From Azolla caroliniana (Eukaryota; Plantae; Polypodiophyta), in assembly GCA_043228905.1 (NCBI GenBank), contig JBHGNT010000002.1, positions 13,702,001 to 13,766,000 of the forward strand: a DNA stretch of 64,000 nt. The letters are read 5' to 3'. The position numbers and the translations under genes are program-made. The first letter of the stretch is position 1, and each line of letters opens with the position of its first letter. Below the pieces are notes generated by a model. That model had not been told where the DNA came from. It worked only from the letters and a program-made list of their open reading frames with translations, and searched no databases. This document shows positions 1 through 12,935 of the stretch, piece after piece.

Positions 1-116
1 TGGAATCGGATTCGGAAGGGGGTTACAGCGCGCACACGAACTATCGCAGCAGTAACGACACCCCAGGAGGACCGGAGGACAAGGAGTCGGATACATTACC
101 GACACCGGAACCAGAG

Positions 117-1620
117 TTGGCAGACCAGGAACCTCTGGCACTAGACGTGGAGCAACCTCCGGAGACGGAAAAAGACCGGCAAAAACATCCAACACCGGAA
201 GTCGAGCCAGCAACACCAAAGGAAGACCGGCAAAGACCTCTGACGCCGACGGAACATCAGGAAAGACCATTGACGCCACCAGCCCTCGAACCGACACTAG
301 ACGACGACATGTCGTTCCAGTACTCCAAGTATAGGGATGATCTAGACGCGAAGGCTAATGTTCACACGTTTCAACAAACATGGGAGGCGAACCATGTGTC
401 ACAATGGTTAACCGCGGTAGAAGAGGAACAATCTAAGATAACCGAATTCGGCATGACATTGGAAGGACCGGCCGCCAGATGGCACTGGACGTAGGATCGC
501 AGCACCATCACCACCTTTGCGGACCTGAAAGACAAATTCTTGCACTTCTTCCAAAAGGAGGTGGACCAACGAGAAATGGTGGGCTTATTTTATACAATTC
601 GGTAGGTCCCCGGGGAGAGCATCCCGCAGTTTGTCATCCGGTTTCAACGGATGCACAGTCAGCTTACCTGCACACCTCCGGAGGAAGAAACGCGGGCAAT
701 ATTTTTAGCCGCACTCCGGGAACCTCTACGAACGGTATGCACGGTCATCGACTTTCGCACAAGCACCGTCGACTAGGTCATCGACCGGGTTAGAGAAATG
801 GAGAAAACGAGCTCTTGGCTAACAATGGGAGCCCTCCAACGAGCGTTACCGACCGATGAGGATCTCCGGTTCCGGCAAGCAATCCAATGCACGACCTGCT
901 TGAATTTCGGACACTCGTCACTGGAGTGCACCATGCGGACGCACTGCTTACTCTGCCAATCTACGAGCCACACAATGGACCGGTGCGAATAGAACTTATT
1001 GAATCGGCAAGCACCACCAGTCCGGCAAATCGAGCCACGTAGCAGCCGAGACGAAGAAGACGAATGTTGGCGGCAAGAGGAGAGATATCGACTGGCACAG
1101 GATGTCTGGTACGACGATCGGCGAGACAACTATGATCGGTACCAGAGATATGACAAGTACCGAGATTACAATGGACGGCACGAGCATCACAACCGGGATC
1201 ACTCCCCCGGGTATCACCAACGACGGGAAGATTACGAGAGATATGACGACCAACCCCATCAAGGGTACCGCAACAAAAAGAACTTTAATAAAAAACGGCA
1301 TTTCAAATAAGGGAGCCACCCACGTGAACCGGAAAAAGGCGCCTCAAGCAACCAACCGGACCAGAGCCCCGCGGTTACCACAGGCCCTCCATCGGGTACA
1401 GGAAACAATGTCGAATCCAGCAATACCCGGAAAGCATATTGCTATTATTGTCGGCAAGAAGGACATTATAGTAATCAATGTCCGGCAAAGAGCTATGATA
1501 AGCGACCGGCAGTAAACATGGTAGTCGTCGAAGTCGCAGACCTACAGCAGGTCACCACAAGGTCAAAGGGCAAGACGACGGAATGGGAGACACAAGAGGC
1601 CATCCGTAAAACAGGCAACG
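117..1620 (+). pseudogene. gag: gag of E1, disrupted
   Basis: Retrotransposon gag motif (FGMTLEGPAARW), zinc knuckles CTTCLNFGHSSLEC, CLLCQSTSHTMDRC and a third near 1440-1480; frameshift near 490 and in-frame stops. Confidence 0.85.
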
Positions 1621-1626
1621 GAATGG

Positions 1627-4600
1627 GTGAAAAAGGTAAATGAGCGAAACGTAGCAGAACTTGCGCACCAAAAGGAGAACACCAAAGAGCTCGCCTGCGG
1701 CAGTCAGTTCGAAAACGCCACATGGCAGGCATTGCAGGAATGCCAGATCACACTGCCGTTAGGACGACTCTTGCAGCTAGTACCAAGATTCACAGAAGGT
1801 CTCAAGCCCGGCATGATGACAGGTGACACACCACCGGCTCCGGCATTCTTCTCAAATCCGGAGGAGGGACCGGCGGTGGTGGACACCAACAGTCCGGCAA
1901 TTACTGCCATTGTGAAAGGGAAAGAACTCCCCGGCACGATAATAGACGGAGGCTCCGGCGTTAATGTAATAAGCCTCCGGACGTGAGATGCTCTTGGAAT
2001 CCAAGAGTGGGAGCCATGTCCATTCTGGCTTCGAATGGCGGACACAAGCTCGGTGCAACCGACAAGATTAATACGGGACTTAGAAGTAACCATCGGGGGG
2101 GCACACATTTCGAATCTCAGCCGTAGTTCTCCAATTGCAAGCTCAAGGAGCGTACCCATTATTGTTGGGACGCCCTTGGTTAAAGACGGCACACATCAAG
2201 CAGAAATGGAGGAGGAATATGATTACGTTCTGGCGGGGAAAAGTGAAGGTACGGGTACCAATACAACCAAGGAAGGGCACCGGCAAGGATCTGACACCGT
2301 TATATGCGGAGTGCGTCAATATGCTGGAAGGATTAGCAGACGAAGAAGAAGATCAGTACTTGCAGGAGAACCCGAAGATTGTACCCCTATTCGAAATTGA
2401 CGTCGTCGAAGCGGTATCACCCTACTTACTGCAACCGGACGGCACCGAAGCGGAACCGGATAAAGAAGCAATCCGGGAGTTACGGCAAGCGCAGGAGGCG
2501 TTGGAAAGAGAAATGGCCATATCACATCGCGTAAAAGTGTCTCAATTAGATGAGGTAAATCTAGGAACAACGGAGGAGGAAAAACCGGTGCACGTCACCA
2601 AAGAAATGAATGCAGAAAACAAAATGGCGATAATTACACTCCTCAACGAGTTTCACGACGTATTTGCCCTGTCTTACGAGGATATGAGAGGGCTGGATCC
2701 TCAGTTGTATCAGCACCAGATACATCTAAGCAAAGACGCCAAGCCGGTAGCACAGCGTCGGTACCGGATGAACCCAAACTACGCCGCCAAAGTCAAGGAG
2801 GAAATCGACAAATTGCTGAGGGTTGGCTTCATCCGTCCCATAAAGAAATCTACTTGGCTCAGCCCGATCGTAGTCGTACCGAAGAAGAACGGCAAAATTA
2901 GAGTTTGTGTCGACTACCGAAAGCTCAATGCGGCAACGGTAACGGATGCATTTCCACTTCCGTTTACGGATGGAGTTTTGGATGCCGTCGCCGGCCATAA
3001 AGTCTACAGTTTCTTAGACGGATTCAGCGGGTATAATCAGATCCAGATGCACCCTGATGATCAAGAGAAAACGGCTTTCGTCACCGAGTGGGGAGTGTTT
3101 GTTGCCGTGGTGATGATGTTCAGACTGAAAACGGCACCGGCCACATTCCAACGGATCATCATGGAGATCTTTGGCAAATACATACCGGCTTTTATGCAGG
3201 TGTTCCTTGACAACTTCGCCGTCTATAGCCGAGAAGAAGATCATTTGCAGCACCTCAGACTATGTCTAGAGAAGTGTAGGGCGTACCGGCTAAGCTTGAA
3301 TCCGGCGAAGTGTGTATTTGGAGTGTCCAGCGGAACGCTACTGGGGCATATTGTGAGCAAGGAAGGCATTGCCGTAGATCCGGACAAAGTGAAAACCATC
3401 CTGGAAGCACCGGCAACGGCAACGGCAAAGGCATTGAGCCATTTCTTAGGACAAATCCATTGGCATAGCCGTATGCTCCGATATTTGGCGGACCTGGCTA
3501 CACCTCTGCATGCAGCAGTACATCGAACACCGTTCCAATGGACCGACATCGAAGACAAGGCGTACCGGGCACTAAAGGTGTTATTGTCACAAGCACCAGT
3601 AGTGCAGCCTCCGAATTGGAGTAAAGAGTTTCATGTGTTCGTGGACGCCTCTGACATCGCAATCGGCAGCGCGCTCATGGAGCTTACGGAGCCAAGGTGG
3701 TACCGGCCTGTGTACTATGCCAGCCGGAAGCTATCCCAAGCGGAACGAAATTATTCTACCACGGAGAGGGAAGCTTTAGGAATGATCTATAGTGTAACAA
3801 AATTTAGGCATTATTTATTGGGAAGAAAGTTCTCCCTCCATGTAGATCATTCGGCACTCCTCTACCTAGTATCCAAAGCGTCACTTACCGGTAAGTTGGC
3901 CCGGTGGACTTTGCTGTTGCAAGAGTTTGAATTCGAGATATTCCATCGACCCGACATACAGCATGCGGTAGCAGATTATCTAAGCCGGTTAGATTCCGAG
4001 GAGACGGGTGATGGAGTATCGAACGAGTTTTCGGATGCAAAGTTTTTTCGAGTCACCACGGAAACAGAAACAGATGAAACGGTGGCTAACTAATATGCAC
4101 CAGTTTCTGAGTACCGGATTGCCTCCAGAGGAGATGAACCGGGACGAGAGAAAACACCTGGCGGTACAAAGCCGGCACTTCTGTTTATTACAGGACACGC
4201 TATACCACAAAGGTGCGGACGGTATATGGCGACGAGCGGTGCGCAGTGACGAGAAGGAGCTAATACTACGGGAAGCACACTGCGGAGTCGCCGGAGGCCA
4301 TTATGCCGGAGATGCGACGGCAAGGAAGATATGGCAAAGTGGCCTATGGTGGCCGACGACATTGAAAGATGCAGTCCGGTACGCGAAAGAGCGTGATCTA
4401 TGCCAACGAATGGGTCAGCCAACAGAACAAGCTCGGATGCCACACCAGCCAGTCCTACCACTAGAACCATTCCAAAAATGGGGGATAGATTTTGTCGGGC
4501 CATTTAAACCACCGGCAATGAGAACCGGTAACCGGTACGTGATCATCGCGACGGATTACTGCACTAAGTGGGTGGAAGCGAAAGCCCTACGAGACAACAC

Positions 4601-5520
4601 TGCGGCGTCAACGGCGAAATTCTTATACGAATGCATTTGGTGCCGGTACGGATGCCCCATAGAGCTGATAAGCGACCAAGGAGGGCACTTTCTTGGACAG
4701 GTGGTAGAAAGTTTGATGACGTTCTATGCGGTAGTACATAAACGAAGTACACCATACTATCCATAAGCAAACGGGTTAGCTGAGTCGACGAACAAAACGC
4801 TCCAGAACATCCTCCGGAAAATCGTGAACGAAAACCGGACGGATTGGGATACGAAGCTGCATAGTGCACTCTGGGCCTACCGGACAGCGTACAAAACAAG
4901 CATCCGAACAACACCGTTCCGGTTAGCATTCGGATTAGAGGCAGTCATGCCGGTCGAGTTCCAGATACCGAGCTTACGGATTCGAATTTGGGAATGACTC
5001 AATGAAAAGGAATCGGAGGCAATTCGGTTAAAGGCTCTGTGTGAACTAGAAGAACACCGACTGGCGAGCATCATGCACCTGGAATTGGAACAACGGCGAC
5101 GGAAAGTGTTTGTAGATCGTCACCGGAAGGGAAATGAAAAGATGTTCGAAATCGGCAAGCCGGTACTAGTGTTCCAGACCCGGATGGGTAAAATGCCAAG
5201 CAAACTACGGTTTAGATGAACCGGACCGTACTGGATCACACGCGAGTTCAATGGATCCTACTAGTTAGGGACACTTGCTGGCGAAGTGTAGGGTAAATGG
5301 GTCAACGAATTTAGACTAAAACCATACAAAGGACCTATGCCCAAGAACCCATTTGAACGAAGGGTCGCCACCGAATCAGACACCGGCAGGCCAACCACGA
5401 CAGCAACCCGTGAGGAAAACGGCTACCACCAAGCTGATAAGGGGGAGCACGAGCCGGCAACCGAGGAGAGCAAAACAACGGCAAGGTGCGCGTTCCGGGT
5501 AAGGGTCTGACAGGACCGGA
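1627..5520 (+). pseudogene. pol: pol of E1 (protease, RT, RNase H, integrase), disrupted
   Basis: ORFs 1627-1986, 2135-4093 and 4008-4766 carry PR, RT/RH and INT motifs; the integrase C-terminus (GPY-type motif) continues past stops to about 5350. Confidence 0.92.
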
Positions 5521-5967
5521 GAAAAATTAACCACACATTTAACTATAAAAAATAATAAAAATAATAAAATAAAAATAAAAATAAAATAAAAAATAAAGGA
5601 GCGAATCAAATACATCATGGAAAGGAGTGGTGGAAACGGCCATGCAAACAAGGAGTAAAGAGGCACGTTGAAAAGGTACGAGGGGCTATGAATAGGACAT
5701 TAAACCACCGCCACATGGCACGCAATGCTATTATAGTACACGACCTGCACTTGCGAAGGCTCGAAAAAGGCGCCAAGATGCAGAGAGAAAAACCCCCACG
5801 CATCGAGACCTTCTCCTATCGTGAACCAAGGAGAACAAACGTAGACAGACGCGTGAAGATCAATCGTAGAGAGCTCGGACACAGAGAACCCCCTCCCTCA
5901 GAACTTTCTCTCTCACACTCTTCCCACCATCAAACCTCGCCAACGCTCTCCGTCCTCGACGCAGAGA

Positions 5968-8640
5968 TGGACTGCCAAACATTGTCTGAAGCCGCCAAGA
6001 AATGGCTACGGCAACACGGACTGGAGGGTTTCTTAACGATCATGGAGGCGGCGCCACACAAGGAGGCCGAAAAGATTATAAAAGAAATCGACACAGAGGT
6101 GATCATGGAGGAGGCGATCCGTGCGTTAATAGGCCTTCCGGAGGGAGGCATCTACACGATCGACAATCCTACCTCCGAGCAACTCATCAAATATTTCGGT
6201 GAGTACTCTCTCGCCAGCAAGGGCTACAAGACACAGGGCGGCGAAGATATGCTATTCCGCGAAATTGCCCGTGTGCTCCATGAGTTCGGCCACGTGTACC
6301 CTCGACCCCCCATCATGCCTTAGAACCGGGCAGGCGTCATCATCGCAACGTACTAAGGGGTCAAGGTCGATTGGCCGGTGCTGATCGCCGACGGGTTGTG
6401 TATGACGATTGATAGTAAGAGGAAAGGACGGCAAGGAAGGCCGGAAAATATGGCATGCGGTGACGCAATGGCTCACCCTATTGGCGCCACCGGTCGAGCC
6501 CGTCCAAACCAAGAAGCGGGGAAGAGCAACGGACGGCACCCCGAAACCTGCTTCGAAACGGCAGCAACTGTTGGCCTCCAAGGCCACTAAGGGGAAGACA
6601 GCCGACGTAGAGAAGGCGGCAAAGGAGCACGCCAGCCGGAAGCGGTCGACTAACACACACGAGGAGACACCGGCACGGCCCCTGAAGAGCCCACTACACC
6701 GACCAGTGCAGCAAGAAACGGACACCTTGGCGGCAAGAATGAATGCCGGGACTCAAGTGGAAGAAATGGAGGAAGAACCCACGGAGCACCTCCAACGGCG
6801 GTTGGTGAAGAGCACCGCTGAATTAGCCGGGAAGCGTTCGGACCCACAGAAGGATGGAACGCCCGCGACTCACACTGAGCATCCCACGCCAAGGGAGGCA
6901 CCGGAACCGGTTCAGATGGAACCGGTCACAGAAGCCCCGACACAACAGGCAGCACCGGCAAGCCCCGTAACTCAAGAGCCGAATATACAAAGACCAACCT
7001 TCCTAGCAGACACGGGGCGGCTAGCTGAAACACACTCAGAGCTAGAACGGCAAAGTGGTCAGTTGGAAGAACCAGAAGCGCAACTCGACGCAGTAAGGCG
7101 GGACCAACCATCGGCGAGTGAACCCATCAGCCAACTCTCCGTGCAAGCGTAACAACAGTGCACCGGCAGCCAATGGTTGCGGTAGATAGGAGAACAAATT
7201 GTCGCAGTAGTCGGATGCATAGAGGCGGAGGAAAGAGCGCAAACGGAACGGTTGCTCGTCACAATCGATGAACTGGAGACGGCAAGAGTTGGATCGGATT
7301 ACCAAAGACATGGCCAAAATGGCCCTAACCACGACGCAGATCCAAGCACCGGTGACTCTGGTTGATGTACAGAGGAATAAGAACCTGGAGACACAAACTG
7401 TCCCAGAGAAAGATGCGACGCAAGCCCAAGAGCTTGCGGAATTACGAGATGAACTTGCCGCACAAGAAGCATTACGGAGCCGCGAACGCGACTTGAAGAA
7501 GGCGGCCGAAGAAGAATTAAAAAGGACTGTTGAGAACCTCTGCCAGGCAGAGGAAAACCTGCGTAAAGGACATCATGCTTACGACTGGTTGAAGGAGGAA
7601 AAAGAGAAATTGCTGCAGGAAAAAGACAAGCTGCGACAGATGGCGGAGACGGAAATCGAGAGGCTGAAGGAAGAGCTCCGTCAACAGAAGGACCGGGAGG
7701 ACCGCGCATGCCGGCAGATCAACCAGAGGCTGAAGCAGAAGAACGATGATTTTGATCATCTGCATCGGGACTACAAGTAGTTGGAGATGGAGTATAAGCA
7801 ACAGCAGGAACGGATGGCCAAGCTCCGACAAGAAGTTGATAGGGCCACAGCGGCACTCGCCGAAGAACAAGCTGAGAGTTCCAAGCTATTGGAGGAAGTG
7901 GCGAATGACCGTATGGCACTCCACAAACAGAACCATCAAGACAAGGAAAGAGCGACAATGGTATTACAGAGGTTGCAAACAACCTATCAAAATCAATTGT
8001 CGCATTATAGGGAGCAGGAGGCGGACACGGTCCGAATTAGCAAGCAATTGAAAGAGGAGCGACAAGCCGCAAAAAATAAATCATAGATGGGAGCCGAACG
8101 GATCCAGTGCATCCTCCGGTCATGGCTCACTAAGACCAAAAGCTTGATTGACGACAGCTCTGTGCGTTGGTGGGCGAAATGGGCGCAGAATACGGCGGAA
8201 CTCCAATTGCTCAGGGCGGACGTGGAAAACCGGCGGAAGGAGGGCGACGACTATTATACGCTGACCTCGGAGGACTTCACCGCCATAAGGGATGAGCTGG
8301 CTGAAGATTTCACAGCCCTGGCGGATGAACAATTGGTGCAGGTCCAGCAGCTCATAGCTCAATTGGACGACGATCGGCTGGAGGCTCAAATCCAGTTCGA
8401 AAGCTATGAGCAGTCCCGGCTTCGGGAAGAAAAAGCGAGGAAGGCGGCAACGGTCAACCTTAGTGATGAGGAACCGTCGCCGGTGCAAGGACCAGACGGG
8501 GACCAGGCCGGGGTCAGTCAGCCAGAGACAACTCCGACAGAAGAACCAACGAAGGAAACGTCGGTGCCAGAGCAACAAACAGAGCCGCAGCCCCAAACGG
8601 AGAAGGCACCAACGGAGCAGCCATAGCCACAAACGGAATA
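5968..8640 (+). pseudogene. Extra 3' ORF (ORF3) of E1: globular N-terminus, Pro/Glu-rich linker, long coiled coil; function unknown
   Basis: Fragments 5688-6323, 6409-7152, 7268-7780, 7781-8086 and 8087-8626 join across stops and small frameshifts; homologous to the ORF at 57100-59630 (-). Confidence 0.75.
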
Positions 8641-8739
8641 GCAACCACAGCAGCACCAACAGATTCCCGACGAACCATTGGAAATTTTGGAGCAAAGTAT
8701 TCTGGACATTTTGGACAAAGCGTAAAAGGGTCGGATAAT

Positions 8740-8779
8740 GGGTTCGACGTACAAGGTACTATCCCACAGGCGTGCCATG
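8740..8779 (+). promoter_or_regulatory. tRNA-Arg-like conserved motif in the polypurine-tract position of E1
   Basis: GGGTTCGA-CGTACAAGGTACTA-TCCCACAGGCGTGCCA-TG directly abuts the LTR; 35 of 41 aligned positions are identical to 57049-57089 (-). Confidence 0.7.
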
Positions 8780-9241
8780 TGTTACCGGCTGGCAAGAAGG
8801 CTTAAGGAGGTCCAAATCAGAGTATGAAAAGGAATAGTTTATTCGAGAACTGTTGTAATTAGTAATCTTAAAATATATAGTAATATATGAGAAGATGTGG
8901 ATGGACAGACCAGAATCGCTATGCCGATCCGGATCCGGAACGATCCCGTAAAGGTGCCGGTTGGCACCGTTTTGTATTTCGCACCAGAGACCTATATAAA
9001 GGCCCGGTTACAATGTAATCAGGAGCAGATAATTAATAAAGCTTATTGTCTTAATCTTCCAGTGTTGATTACCGTTCTGTATTCATTGTTATATCTTACG
9101 CGTGTTAATTACGGATTGCTAAGTAACCAATTAAGGTCTAATTAAGCGTTGTGTCGTAAATCATTCTACCGTACCACCCTTTGTTGAAGTGTCTTAAGTG
9201 GATACCTTGTGTTAAGCTGTTGTCCGGCCCTAGGATTAACA
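8780..9241 (+). repeat. 3' LTR of E1 (462 bp)
   Basis: TGTTA...TAACA termini, TATA-like CCTATATAAAG near 8991, AATAAA near 9035; highly similar to the LTR starting at 61872. Confidence 0.92.
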
Positions 9242-10581
9242 CACCTCCATTACCGACTTACATTCCTCCTTCATCGCGGAAATGGCTTCGACCTTCACCG
9301 ATGACGGTTTCTGGCCATAAGGCCCGCACAAGTGACCGACCACAAAGATTTCTGATTGACCGAACACCGATTTTTCTCTGGAGAGGGTGAGTCGCGCGCT
9401 CTCTAGCCTTTGTAGCACCTTCTCGCAATCTTTGATGTGGTCCGCAACAAACCTTCGGCAACCATCCGATGCAACCGTTGCATCCTTATCCTCCACCGGG
9501 CACCCCTTCATCGGTATATTGTCCAGAAATGGCATGGTGATGTCCGGGATACAATCCCTCAGCACCTTGGTCATCGCCTTCACCATGTGTGCCACTGAGT
9601 TTGTTCCTCCCTGCGGCAAGGTACACATCCGCACTAAGTCGAGAGGCGTCCGCATCGTCGTGACATCCCTGCTCTCCTCGGCTAGTTGGAACTGTTCATA
9701 CCCTGAGTATAGATCCCCGACCGAATAGATCGACCTCCTGGCAAAGGCCTCTGCAAACTCATCAATCGTCAGTCCGACTCCTGCGTTCCGAATGGTCACT
9801 TTATTGACCTGCTTCAGGTCCTGAATGAAGCGCAACGTGTCGTTCTTCTTAGGCACAGTAAACCATCGATTCGAGTATGGGGGACTCAACGGTTCAAGGA
9901 TTCCCATCTCCACTTTCTGCTTCAGCAACTCCATCAGCTTCAGGATGTGAGCTCTAGGTATTGGAATTGATTTGAGATTCCACGGCACATGCGGCACCGT
10001 AAAAATAACCATTGGTTCGACAACCGTCGGGTTCACACACCCGATCTCTTCTGGCGAGAATGTGAAGGCCTTCCCATGCCCCCCGAGCATTCTCCGAAAC
10101 TGTTCTTCCTCTGCCTGCAGTAGAAAGCCACCCTCACCGACCTTATGTTGGTGAACCGGTGTCCTATACTGACCGGATCCCGTAGACTTAGGTCCGACGC
10201 AACCCCTTTCATCCGTAACCCGCTGCCCTCCGGCAAGGGTGCCGCGACTAGCCTCACCTTCTGGTCCACAGTCTTGTACTTTGTATACACGCAGACCGTC
10301 TGATCCGACCTGACCCTTTCCCCGAAGTCGATAATGACTTCGTACATTTCCACTGAGTTAACCGGAATCATTCGGTCTTCACTAAGGCATTCCTTGATCA
10401 CCTTCGTGATTTCCCTAAGGGTGTCGTCATAAGAGACCGCCTCCACGACGCCACTAATTTCCTCATCAGGGGTGAGGACTCCACATATCCTGAGTCGTTC
10501 CTCTGCCCGCTTCTTCTCCCAACCAACGATGTCGACTACTGTACAACCTCCGTTATAGGAGAACCAAAACTTCCGACCTAT

Positions 10582-10829
10582 GGTACAGGTGTGGGGATCC
10601 TCTGGGGTGTCCAGACTATCGCGTCACCATGCCTTGATAGCCCTCTCTAAAAATCTCCTCGGCTTTTGCCACCGAGGGTCTCGCGATTGCAGTCATGGTT
10701 CGGTCGGTACAGGTGTGGGGATCCTCTGGGCTGTCCAGTCTATCGCGTCACCATGCCTTGATAGCCCTCTCTAAAAATCCCCTCAGCTTTTGCCACCGAG
10801 GGTCTCGCGATTGCAGTCATGGTTCGGTC
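10582..10829. repeat. 124-bp tandem duplication inside the gypsy pol region
   Basis: 10582-10705 and 10706-10829 are near-identical direct repeats. Confidence 0.9.
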
Positions 10830-12912
10830 ACACGGTCAAGAATTGGACAGAGTGTCGTCCATCTTGGCTCTTCACGCGTGCGTATGCCGAACCGTTATCC
10901 AGCACTTTCGTCTCCATACGCGTTGTAATGTACGGTTCTCCGAGTATCACCGGATGTGAGGATGTCTCCTACACGATGAAGTGTTGGTCGATCTCGACAT
11001 CACCGATTTTCACCCGCACATTCGGGCAGGCCCCATGTAGCTCCTCCGTGGCGCGCGTCATCGCTCATATTTTTCAACCGTGCTTGGTGTTGATCAACCA
11101 CTTGCCTTTCTTGTAGAAGTCCATAGACATCAGGTTGATCTCTAAACCGTGGTCTACTAATAACACCACTGGCTCTTGGACGTCCCTGATCCTAACCGGA
11201 GTCTCCGTAGTGTCTCTTGCCCAGTGCAGCTTTGAATAGTGGCTTTCCGCCAACTTGTCCTCCAGGGCCATGTCTTCTAGGTGCGTCGTTCGCACCTCCA
11301 CCGGCCTCTCCGGCTCTGGCTCCAGCTATGTCGAAAGCCTTTTTCACTTCACCAAGTCCACGATGGAGTCATGGAATTCTTTCTTGGCGATCCCAAGCAC
11401 TTCCCTCCGTGACAGTTCCACCTTGCTGTCAAGTATTCGTTCCTCAAGGACCTTCTACAAGTCCGTCGTTCTCTCTATCTCGGTGCTCAACCGGTAAATC
11501 ACTTTCTTTGCTTTATCTGGCGTGCCAACAACACCGGCGTCATTGTACTTCGGCCCGGATCGGGTCTCGTACCATTGCGAGGGTCCGGCCCCTCCGACTT
11601 TTCCCGCACGCTTGTCTTCTACCAGAACTTCATAGTTCTGGCACGCGACTTCCACAAAGTCGGTCTTTTCTTCAACCAGATCGCTCCACCCGGTGACCTA
11701 CTGGACCCGTCTTTCCACACGATCCACTTACTCCCTTCTCAACTGCACGTCGGCGAGGCCTTCTAGCACCACCGTCCAGAACCCGGAGTCTTTCTTCTTC
11801 CGGCCTTCGTCACTCCCGACCCGGATTCCTGTCGACGCCAAGTAGTGGATGGTCTCCGCGTGGCACGCCGCCGCTTCTTCCATCAGTCTCTTCATTCCTC
11901 CCCGACCAATATTCAACTCCAAGGCTCTCCGGGTCTCACTAGCATGCACCCTACCATTCCATAGGTACACCACATTAGCCCTTATTGCTTCTACAAAGTC
12001 CACGCAATCCTTCCGGACGTGACTGACCGCGTCACACCACAAGCACCAATGCCCACCTAGAGACCTTCGGTCACGAGGTTGGTCGCCGCCATCCCTCCTT
12101 GCGCGATCTGGAGGTCTCACACCATCTACATCAGTTCTTCCAGAGTCGCTCTGCCGGACGGGCCCTTGACCACGTCGGACGAACCTGTCTCAAGCCAGAC
12201 TCGGGTTTCCTCCTTACGCGTCGACGGGGGTCCCTCGTGGTTTCTTGCCGCAACTGCTCCTGCCCCCGACGAGCCCTTGTCGACCCACTCGTGCCGTTTG
12301 TCGAAACAGCCGCAGACCCCTTTTACCACGGCCCAATCGGTCTTCAGCCCATCGTTTGTCTCCAGCAGGAGACCCACTTGCTCCCGATCCCGCATGTCCA
12401 CATCTTTGACAAATAAAAGGACACGGCTCATGTGCAGTACAGTATTGTCCAGTGCTGAGAGGCATGCAAAGTGTTCCTCAAACTCATGGAGGACGCCGAC
12501 GCATTTCTCCCCTTTCCTGGGGTCTCCACCCAATCCATAAAGTCCCACTTCGATTACCGAAGCGTGTCATCAAGCCTGAACCGTTCGAGGAGCCGCGCTT
12601 CAAATTCCCCCCAGGTTCGGCATCCAGCCTACACCTCGAGCACCTCTACGTGGATGCCCAGTGTCGCTACATGAGGGAACCCAGCCAGACGCCTCTCCTC
12701 CGGGATGTCCCTCATCACCATTTTTGCCCAATAGGCCACCAAATAACTCGTGGCGTCCTTCCCATTCAACCGGCCTATTGTGCCGACAATTGCTTCAATG
12801 GCCCTATCGTGGGCGCCCGTGCCCTCGCAAGCACTTACTATCCGATCAACTACTGCCGCCATGGCTTCGGCGAGCTCTGATCCCCTCATTTTTTATTCCT
12901 CTGCCGCCTTAT

Positions 12913-12930
12913 TTCACGTCGGGTTCACCA
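12913..12930 (-). promoter_or_regulatory. Primer binding site, tRNA-Trp
   Basis: The + strand reads TTCACGTCGGGTTCACCA, matching the 3' 18 nt of plant tRNA-Trp as recalled; 5 nt from the LTR. Confidence 0.85.
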
Positions 12931-12935
12931 AATTA

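Larger units (their letters stand above)
1..9241 (+). mobile_element. Ty3/gypsy non-chromovirus LTR retrotransposon (element E1): gag-PR-RT-RH-INT, extra ORF, 3' LTR; 5' end lies outside the window
   Basis: Domain order gag, PR (IIDGGSG), RT (VCVDYRKLN, FLDN), RH (DASD...EREAL), INT (HHCC, DFVGP, SDQG), then a coiled-coil ORF and an LTR with TGTTA...TAACA ends. It interrupts the RT of the minus-strand element at 9242. Confidence 0.93.

Noticed and set aside
5545-5600. (AAAAT)n tract as a retroposon poly(A) tail
   Set aside because: Present at the same internal position in E1, E2 and the 61872 copy, so it is an internal spacer rather than a LINE/SINE tail.
5968-8640. Retroviral env gene or captured host myosin/SMC gene
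   Set aside because: No evident signal peptide or transmembrane anchor; coiled-coil similarity is non-specific and the ORF tracks with the element family.
770-8645. U-to-C RNA editing restoring stops in E1
   Set aside because: Such editing is organellar; this is nuclear TE sequence that also has frameshifts, so mutational decay suffices.
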